A stretch of 64,000 bases of DNA from Malacoraja senta. Taxonomy: Eukaryota. Shown here piece after piece: positions 51,061 to 60,174 of this stretch (position 1 is the stretch's first letter; every line of letters starts with the position of its first letter). The stretch spans positions 9,116,001 through 9,180,000 of the forward strand of contig CM075997.1 in assembly GCA_038087875.1 (NCBI GenBank), read 5' to 3'. The notes below the pieces were generated by a model. That model ran no database searches. It was not told where the DNA came from and worked only from the letters and a program-made list of their open reading frames with translations. The translations under genes were made by a program, and so were the position numbers.

Positions 51061-51862
51061 AGTCAGCCAGCCACAGCTCGTCGTTGCATGCCGGTAGCTT
51101 CAGAGGATCTGAGAGCTGCAGGCGGATGTTGCGCGGGTACCGCTGCAGAAAGGTATACTCAAAGAGTTGGCAGGGCCAGTGGTCGCCCATGAGCGCGAGC
51201 ATCTCACTCATGATGGGCGAGGGCTTCGTGTCGCCGAGCCCGCCCATGTTGAGAACCAGCACCACTCGCTCCAGATGGCTGGGCCCGAAGATCCGGAGCA
51301 GCAGCTCCTTGAGACCTACCTATTTTCCCTCCGCCTGCGGATTGTCCAGGTAAGGCACGGCCCGGCCATTTCCTGGTCGAGAGCGGTCGCAACGTAGTGG
51401 TAATGGGTCTCACTGGCCGTTACGTTGCGGATGTGAAACTGACTCGGCTTGTCGGAACCATACCTGCAGCTGCGAGGTCCAGAATGTAGGCAGCTTCAGG
51501 GCGACTTTGTTGAGATGGGCCTCGTCGGCGACAACGGCAGGTTGGGCGCTGGCGGGGTGCATTTTTTTCTCATAAATTTTCCACTCCAGAATTACACTTC
51601 TGGACTTCGGGGTCACCAATGTAGCAGGGACTCGCAGGAGTCCAGCCAAGAATAACACAAGACACAAAGTTGTGTGATCAAATGGTATTTAATAAGTTAA
51701 CAGTGCTGCTCCCTCCTCCTCTCTGGGTATGGGTGTTGCCCGACCTTAAATACCCCTAAGGATAAACCCCGTGACCTGCGCCTCTCACACCGAGACACTT
51801 AACTCCTCCCACCAGAGTCGAGGGTTCGCTCTGCCCGTGCCTTACCACCATGTGCCGTCACA
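51061..51862 (-). mobile_element. Gypsy remnant: 5' LTR (51620-51862), PBS (tRNA-Trp-like), partial gag
   Basis: TGT...ACA LTR; PBS TGGTGACCCCGA at 51607-51618 matches the first 12 nt of a tRNA-Trp PBS; gag KVALKLPTFW...WFRQAE and LFEYTFLQRYP..IR. Confidence 0.8.
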
Positions 51863-53008
51863 AGACTATAGTAATCTGAAGGCATTGTGCTGGACATTAC
51901 ACAGGCATACATCTCTGTGTTGACATTCCTGTGTCCTTACAGTGGCACACTCCATGTTGTAAAGGCCTGTTACATCACAGTACAATTCAGGGGTTGTATT
52001 TTTGTTCCCTGTTAATTTAGTGAGGTGATTGGTTAGCTAACACAATTCATTGCCAGTTATGTGTCATTGTGTACAAAGCAACTGTGTAACAGTGGTTCTG
52101 CCCAGAACTCCAGTTTTCTGCACACTACCTACCATCTACTTCTTTTTCCATGATCAAACCATCAATATCCTTTGACATGCACGTTTCCCTGAATTTGCAG
52201 TCTTTGTCCTTCATGCTTAACGGGGCACATTGACACTGAACTGCCACAATTAAACTAAGAGTCAAGAGTCATGCAGCGTGGAAAGAGGCCCATCAGCCCT
52301 ACTCCTCAATGGTGACGAAAATCCCCTGAGTTAGCTAGTCCCATCCCCTCCACGCTTTTGTCCCATATCCCTCTCAACCTTTCCTATCCAAGTACCTGTC
52401 CAAATGTCTTTGAAATGTTGTTACTGTACCAGCATAAACTAGTAACCACACTAAACTGACAAAGAACTGAGAAGGAATGGGTCACGTTTTAGGTCGAGAC
52501 ATCAAGTTAAGTCTGAAGAAGAGTCTCGACCCGAAATGTCACCCATTCCTTCTCTCCAGAGATGCTGCCGGTCCCGCTGAGTTTCTCCAGCTTTAGCTGT
52601 CTCTCTAGGGTTGTATTATTGTTCCTTTTCATTTTAGTGTGGTTATTGATTAGTTAATACAATTTAGTACCAATTATGTGTCATTATGTATAAAGCAAGT
52701 GTGTAACAGTGGTCCCGTTCTGTATCTCTGCATGGATTTGTACTCGAATAGTCTCTCCAGTTCTCAGTGCTCTTTGTCTACAAGCTACTTCCATTTTCCC
52801 CATGATCAAACTCTGAAGAAGGGTATCGACCCGAATTGTTACCCATTCCTTCTCCAGAGATGATGCCTGTCCCACTGAGTAACTCCAGTATTTTGTGTCT
52901 ATCTTCAGTTTAAAACAGCATCTGCAGGTCCTTAATACACATTTAGTTTGACATACATGTTTCCCTGAACTTGCAATCCTTGTCCTTAATGCTTATGGGG
53001 CACATAGA

Positions 53009-53966
53009 CCATATAACCATATAACCATATAACCATAACAGCACGGAAACAGGCCATCACGGCCCTTCAAGTCCGTGCCGAACATTAAAAAAAAAAAAAA
53101 AAAAAATTTTAATTAAAAATAAATACTTCCCCCTAGTCCCATCTACCTGCACTCAGACCATAACCCTCCATTCCTTTCCCGTCCATATCCCATCCAATCT
53201 ATTTTTAAAGGATAACATCGAACCTGCCTCCACCACTTCCACTAGAAGCTCATTCCACACAGCTACCACTCTCTGAGTAAAGAAGTTCCCCCTAATGTTC
53301 CCCCTAAACTTCTGTCCCTTAATTCTCAAGTCATGTCCCCTTGTTTGAATCTTCCCTACTCTCAATGGGAAAAGCTTATCCACGTCCACTCTGTCTAACC
53401 CGCTCATAATTTTAAAGACCTCTATCAAGTCCCCTCTTAACCTTCTGCGCTCCAAAGAATAAAGACCTAATTTGTTCAACCTTTCTCTGTAACTTAGTTG
53501 CTGAAACCCAGGCAACATTCTAGTAAATCTCCTCTGTACTCTCTCTATTTTGTTGACATCCTTCCTATAATTAGGCGACCAAAATTGTACTCCATACTCC
53601 AGAATTGGCCTCACCAATGCCTTGTACAATTTTAACATTACATCCCAACTTCTATATTCAATGCTCTGATTTATAAAGGCCAGCACACCAAAAGCTTTCT
53701 TTACCACCCTATCTACATGAGATTCCACCTTCAGGGAACTATGCACAGTTATTCCTAGATCCCTCTGTTCAACTGCATTCGCTACCATTTACCGTGTACG
53801 TCCTATTTTGATTTGTCCTGCCGAGATGTAGCACCTCACATTTGTCAGCATTAAACTCCATCTGCCATCTTTCAGCCCACTCTTCCAAATGGCCTAAATC
53901 TCTCTGTAGACTTTGAAAATCTACTTCATTATCCACAACACCACCTATCTTAGTATCATCTGCATA
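53009..53966 (-). mobile_element. Young CR1 3' fragment, (TATATGGT)n tail
   Basis: ORF 53153-53788 is nearly identical to the ORF2 C-terminus. Confidence 0.95.
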
Positions 53967-54094
53967 CCCTGAACTGTCACAATTAAACTGAGAGTCATAG
54001 AATCATGCAGCATGGAAGACAGGCCCTTCATCCTGACTCAGCAATGGTGAGCAAAATCATATGAGTACACTAGTCCCATTTCCCCATGTTTAGG

Positions 54095-54868
54095 AGAGAA
54101 CTACAGATGCTGGTTATATCAAAGGTAGACACAAAATGCAGGAGTAAATCAACGGGTGTGGCAGCATCTATGGAGAGAAGGAATTGGCAACATTTCGGGT
54201 CGAGACCCTTCCTCAGACTGATGTGAGGGGAGGGGGCAGGACAAAGAAAGAATGTGGGCGGAAACAGTAGGACCAGTGGGATAACTGGGAAAGGGGCGGA
54301 GATAGAAAGAGAAAGCAGGGGCTACCTGAACCTAGAGAGGTCAATGTTCATACCGCGGGGGTGTAAACTACCCAAGCCAAATACGAGGTGCTGTTCCTCC
54401 AATTTGTGCTGGGCCTCACTCTGATAAGGAGGATACCCAGGACAGAAAGGTCAGATTGGGAATAGGAGGGGGAGTTGAAGTGCTGAGCCACCGGGAGATC
54501 AGCTTGGTTAATGCGGACTGAGCGGATTGAAACGATCGCCGAGCCTGCACTTGGTCTCGCCGATGTAGAGAAGTTGACACCTGGAAAAGCGGATGCAGCA
54601 GATGAGGTTGGAGGAGGTGCAAGTGAACTTCTGCCTCACCTGAAGAGACTATTTAAGTCCTTGGATGGAGTCCAGTGGGGAGGTAAAGGGACAGGTGTTG
54701 CATCTCCTGTGGTTGCAGGGGAAAGTACCTGGGGAGGGGGTGATTTGGGTGGGAAGGGACAAGTTGACCAGGGAGTTACGGAGGGAACGGTCTCTGCAGA
54801 AAGCAGAAAGGGGTGGAGATGGGAAGATGTAGTCAGTAGTGGGATCACTTTGGAGGTGGCGAAATTAG
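54095..54868 (-). mobile_element. Penelope-like 3' fragment (GIY-YIG region + hammerhead repeat)
   Basis: Homologous to 9700-10350 in reverse; reverse CTGAGGA...GAAAT at ~54190-54216. Confidence 0.8.
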
Positions 54869-54963
54869 ACAATAGGAGACAAGGGACATTTATTATCACA
54901 TTTATTATCACATACACCAATTGGTGTAGTTAAATTTGACTTGCCATTGCAGCACACGAATAA

Positions 54964-56297
54964 CAATAGACAATAGACAATAGGTGCAGGAGTAGGCCAT
55001 TCGGCCCTTCGAGGTAAATAAAATGTGAATTAGGGTTAGGGTTAGGGTTCAATGTGATCATGGCTGATCATTCCCAATAAGTACCCCATTCCTGCCTTCG
55101 CTATTTTTAAGAGCCCTATCTAGCTCTCTCTTGAAAGCATCCCTCTGCTCTCTGAGGCAGAGAATTCCACAGACTCACCAATCTCTGTGAGAAAAAGTGT
55201 TTCCTCGTCTCCGTTCTAAATGGCTTACTCCTTATTCTTAAACTGTGGCCCCTGGTTCTGGACGCCCCCAACATCGGGAACATGTTTCCTGCCTCTAGCG
55301 TGTCCAAGCCCTTAACAATCTTATATGTTTCAATGAGATTCCCTCTCATCCTTCTAAACTCCAGAGTGTACAAGCCCAGCTGCTCCATTCTCTCAGCATA
55401 TGACAGTCCTGCCATCCCGTGAATTAACCTTGTAAAGCTACGCTGCACTCCCTCAATAGCAAGAATGTCCTTCCTCAAATTAGGGGACCAAAACTGCACA
55501 CAATACTCCAGGTGTGATCTCACTAGGGCTCTGTACAACTGCAGAAGGACCTCTTTGCTCCTATGTGCCCTAATTTTGCCCACTAATCCCCTATGTGGAC
55601 CTTACCAAATGCTTTCTGAAAGTCCAGGTACACTACGTCCACTGGCTCTCCCAAGTCCATTTTCTTTGTTACATCTTCAAAAAATTCCAGAAGATTAGTC
55701 AAGCATGATTTCCCCTTCGTAAATCCATGCTGACTCGGACCGATCCTATTACTGCTATCCAAATGTGCGGCTATCTCATCTTTTATAATTGACTCCAGCA
55801 TCTTCCCCACCACCGATGTCAGGCTAACTGGTCCATAAGTCTCTGTTTTCTCTCTCCCGCCTTTCTTAAAAAGTGGGATAACATTAGTTACCCTCCAATC
55901 CACAGGAATGGATCCTGAGTCTAAAGAACATTGGTAAATTATCACCAATGCATCCACGATATCTGGAGCCACTTCCTTAAGTACCCTGGGTTGCAGACCA
56001 TCAGGCCCTGGGGATTACCCAACACCATTTCCTGCCTAATGTGGATTCATTACTAACCTACTACCTAATGTGGTTCCTCTGTCACCCAGATCCTCTGGCC
56101 ACTAGTATATCAGGAAGATTGTTTGTGTCCTCCTTAGTGAAGACAGATCCAAAGTACCTGTTGAACTCATCTGCCATTTCCTTGTTCCCATAATAAATTC
56201 ACCTTTTTCGGTCTTCAAGGGTCCAACTTTGGTCTTAACTAATTTTTTCCTCTTCACATACCTAAAGAAGCTTTTACTATCCTGCTTTATATTCTTG
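54964..56297 (-). mobile_element. CR1 LINE with internal deletion, (CTATTGT)n tail
   Basis: ORF2 pieces 55583-55972 and 55116-55583. Confidence 0.9.
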
Positions 56298-56304
56298 TTG
56301 GAGG

Positions 56305-56640
56305 ATTATATGCTGTATGCGACTGCTGATGGGGTGGATGGTGAGGTCAAGGTGGACTCTGTCCTTGTTACGAGTGGGGGTTGGGGGAGTAAGTGCTGAG
56401 CTAGGGGATATCGAGGAGACCCTAGTGGGAGCCTCATCTTTAATGGAAGAGGGGAACCCCCGTTCCCTAAAGAATTACGACATCTCCAATGCCCTGGTAT
56501 GGAAAACCTCATCCTGGGCGCAGATGCGGCGTAGACGGAGGAATTGTGGCTAGGGAATAGAGTCTTACAAGAAGCAGGGTGAGAAGAAGTGTAGTCAAGA
56601 TAGTTATGGAGTCAGTAGATTTGTAATAGATGTCAGTCAA
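56305..56640 (-). mobile_element. Penelope-like internal fragment
   Basis: Reverse-complement match to ~8510-8790 and 48180-48420. Confidence 0.75.
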
Positions 56641-56654
56641 GATATTTATGGAAG

Positions 56655-57345
56655 TTTCCCTATTTCTCCATGTTTTCCCCACATCTCTATCAACCTCCAA
56701 ATCTGAAAATGTCTTTTAAATGTTGTTACTACTTCCTCTGGCAGCTAGTCCATACACCCACAAACCAATGTGTGGAAAAGCCACCGCTTAGGTTCCGATG
56801 AAACCTTTCCTTTCTTGTCTTAAACCTATGTCATTTGGCTCTTTCCTCCACTTTCATACATTTATATAATAATTCCACGGCCTCCTCCAATCCAAGGAAT
56901 AAAGTTGCAGACTGTTCAACTCTCCTTTGAGCCCAGTGCCTCAAGTCCTGGCAACACTCTCATAAATCTTCTCTGCCTTCCTTGCTGCTTAATGGCTCTT
57001 TTCCGATAGCAAGGTGACCAAAACTGAACACGATATTTCAAGTGTTGCCTCAACAATGTCTCGTGCAAGTGTAACATAATGGCCCAGCTTCTTTACACGA
57101 TTCACAGTCTGATGAAGGCCAGTATATCAAAAGCCTTCACCATTCGCTGGTTTTTTGCTCCCATGTTTTTCATTCAGCCCTTTTTAAATGGAGGCATGAC
57201 ATTACCAACCCTTCTGACATCTTAAATGGGTCTAATGGTGATTCATATATCTGAGCCAGGAGTCCTGCAATTCCTTCTCTGGCTTCCCAAATTGTTATTA
57301 GACAAACTTGATCAGATTGGGAATTTATCTACCTTCATAAGGAAT
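56655..57345 (-). mobile_element. Ancient CR1 fragment(s)
   Basis: Degenerate CVQFWSPCYRK and RVLPGLE motifs on the minus strand. Confidence 0.6.
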
Positions 57346-57999
57346 AGGAAATTCAGCACTATCTCAACAGTTAGATAGACTATCCTATAGACATCACCAT
57401 TAACTTTTCCAGGTTTCCCAGTATTGTTTTGTAAAGACAGAGGAAATATTAATCAAGAACTTTGCACAACTACTGTGATATTGATGGCTGCTGTGATACT
57501 GACACCACACCCCTGTGATTGTAGGGGTCTTCTCCCCCTGCTTACTGGAGAGTGATAAGTGAGTGTGCTTGCTTTCCGGACCCACTGTCCGCTCCCTCTT
57601 CAGGTTTAACATTTTCACCCTTATTGACACTCGTGAGACCAGTGCACAGACAGAAAAGGCAGAATGTCTCTTTATTGGATGCAGATTGAGAAGTATTGAC
57701 ATTCTGAGTGACCTGGGGTCCTCGTAAACAAGTGACTGAAAACTGAGATAGACACACGGGGCTGGACTAACTCAACAGGTCAGGCAGCATCTCTGGTGAA
57801 AAAGGATGGGTGAAGTTTCGGGTTGGGACACTTCTTCACACTAATGTGCAAGTACGGGCAGTAATCTGGATGATAAAAATTGCCATAGTTGCAGGGTGCT
57901 CTGAGTCCAGGATTCAGATGTCTGACTGCAGTTGTGTGGGCCTAGTGAAAAGTACTCCTGGAGGATCATTCACACTTTCAGCCTCCTCATCTATACATG

Positions 58000-59035
58000 G
58001 GAATACTTTCTGTAGAGGAGTGCAAACAGGATTCACCAGACTGGTCCCTGGATAGTAAGTTGGCCCCATGGGGAGAGATTGAGTAGACTGAGCCTGTTTT
58101 CATAGACTTTAGAAGAAGAAACATATCAATCGCTTCCAAGAATCGGTGTTGATGGAGGATGTTTGCCTGGGTGAAGTGTCTGGATCTAGTGGTCAGAGTA
58201 ACAGGCAGGTAGTTTGACCTGAGGGAAGGAATCTTCTCACCAAGAGTGTACTGAATCTGCACCCGTCCGCTGTGAGAAGGCTACGTCACTGAGTTCACTG
58301 AAAACCCAGCTCAACGCGAGGGTGGATGGGATTGTGAGGACAGAGGAGGTCGTGAAGATGATTTCTGGGGAATAAAGGGGCTAAAATGCAATACTCAGCT
58401 TCATCGTCTGATGCACTGTGCAAGAGTTAGAGTTGTTCTGAACTTTGGTTAGGCTGCTCTTCGACTATTGTAGGCAATAATGCTCAACACAGCATGGGTA
58501 GAATGTGAGTAAGTTAGAGAGGGTGCAGAAATGATTCATCAGGATATTACTTGGATTGGAGGGCTTGATTTTTCTGGAGAGTTTGGAGGGCTGTTTTCTG
58601 TTTCTGAACAAAAGGGGCCGAGAGGTGACATGATAGAGGTATGCACAATTATAAAGCACAGATATGGTAGCTAACTGGGGTCTGTTTCCCCTTAGTCGGT
58701 GATTGAAAAGGAATAGGTTGACGGTGAAAGAGGAAGTTTAAAAGGGATCCAAGGTAAATGTTTCACACACAGTAGTTGGTATCTGGAATGAGCTGCCAGA
58801 GGTGGTGGAGGAAGGAACAAAAACCATGTTTAAGAGGCATCTGAACAGGTACTTGAGCAGGGCACAATGAAATATAGCAATAACGCAAGCGTGGGATTTG
58901 TATAGACAGGCATGATGATGGCATAGATATATTGGGACAAGGAGCCTGTCTCAGTTCTCTGTAACCTATTGGGAGAATCGAGGGAGACGGGGACAAAGCA
59001 GGGATATGGTGTTGAGGTAGAATGTGGACACAAGG
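58000..59035 (+). mobile_element. Ancient CR1 3' fragments
   Basis: Degenerate VQ.GFTRLVPG, VQK.FIRILLGL and FTHRVVGIWNELP-like motifs. Confidence 0.6.
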
Positions 59036-59274
59036 AACTGCAGATATGCTTTACCAAAAAAGACACAAAGTGCTCGAGTAACTCAGTGGTTCAGGCAACA
59101 TCGCTGGAGAACATGAATAGGCAACATTTCAGGTGGGGAGCTTTCTATAGAAGTATTTTTTTTGTGCAGAGTTAGAAGAGTAGTCATGGTATTCGTGAAC
59201 GGTGGGTTAGGCGTGAGAAGCAGAATGGCCTCCTCTTGTTCCTGATGTGATGATTAAACTGTTCTGGATGTCAG

Positions 59275-60174
59275 ATGTGGGAGGTCATGGAGTCTGATAC
59301 CCCTACAGACGTTCACATCTGTGTCAGGTGCACAGAGATGGGGTTCCTAAGGGACCGTGTTAGGAACCTGGAGCAGCAGCTCGATGACCTCTGTCTGATC
59401 AGGGAGAGTGAAGAGGTCATAGAAAAGAGTTATAGGGAGGTGGCCACGCCAAGACCACGGGAGGCAGACAAGTGGGTCACGGTTAGGAAGGTCAAGGGGC
59501 AGAGGCAGGGACTAGTGAGTACCCCGGTGGCTGTACACCTTGAAAATAAGTACTCCTGTTTGAGTACTGTTGGGGGGGACAGCCTTCCTGCGGGTAGCAA
59601 CAGCGGCCGGGCCTCCGGCACAGAGACCAGCCCTATTGCTCAGAAGGGTAGGGAAAAGAAGAGGAGGGCAATAGTAATAGGGGACTCTATGGTTAGGGGG
59701 TCGGATAGGCGATTCTGTGGACGCAGTCAGGAGACCCGGATGGTAGTTTGCCTCCCAGGTGCCAGGGTCAGGGATGTGTCTGAACGCATCCAAGATATCC
59801 TGAAATCGGTGGGAGAGGATCCTGAGGTTGTGGTACATATAGGTACCAATGACATAGGTAGAAAAAGAGAAGAGGTCTTGAAAGGAGAATTTAAGGAGTT
59901 GGGAGGAGAGTTAAGGAGAAGGTCTGCAAAGGTAACAATCTCAGGATTACTACCTGTGCCACATGACGGTGAGAGTAGGAATGGAGTGAGGTGGAGGATA
60001 AATGCGTGGCTGAGGAACTGGTGCAGCGGGCAGGGATTCAAATTTCTGGATCATTGGGACTTCTTTTGGGGAAGGAGTGACCTGTACAGAAAGGACGGGT
60101 TGCACTTGAACCCGAGGGGGACCAATATCCTGGCGGGGAGATTTGCAAAGGCTACTGGGGAGACTTTAAACTAG
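59275..60174 (+). CDS. CR1 ORF1 protein (zinc-finger/coiled-coil + SGNH esterase)
   Basis: IVIGDSMVRG, HIGTND and DGLHLN SGNH blocks; N-terminal CxxC motifs. Confidence 0.9.
   Translation: MWEVMESDTPTDVHICVRCTEMGFLRDRVRNLEQQLDDLCLIRESEEVIEKSYREVATPRPREADKWVTVRKVKGQRQGLVSTPVAVHLENKYSCLSTVGGDSLPAGSNSGRASGTETSPIAQKGREKKRRAIVIGDSMVRGSDRRFCGRSQETRMVVCLPGARVRDVSERIQDILKSVGEDPEVVVHIGTNDIGRKREEVLKGEFKELGGELRRRSAKVTISGLLPVPHDGESRNGVRWRINAWLRNWCSGQGFKFLDHWDFFWGRSDLYRKDGLHLNPRGTNILAGRFAKATGETLN

Noticed and set aside
57400..57757. Short minus-strand ORFs with a GTAAG donor-like site
   Set aside because: No recognisable protein motif or partner exon.
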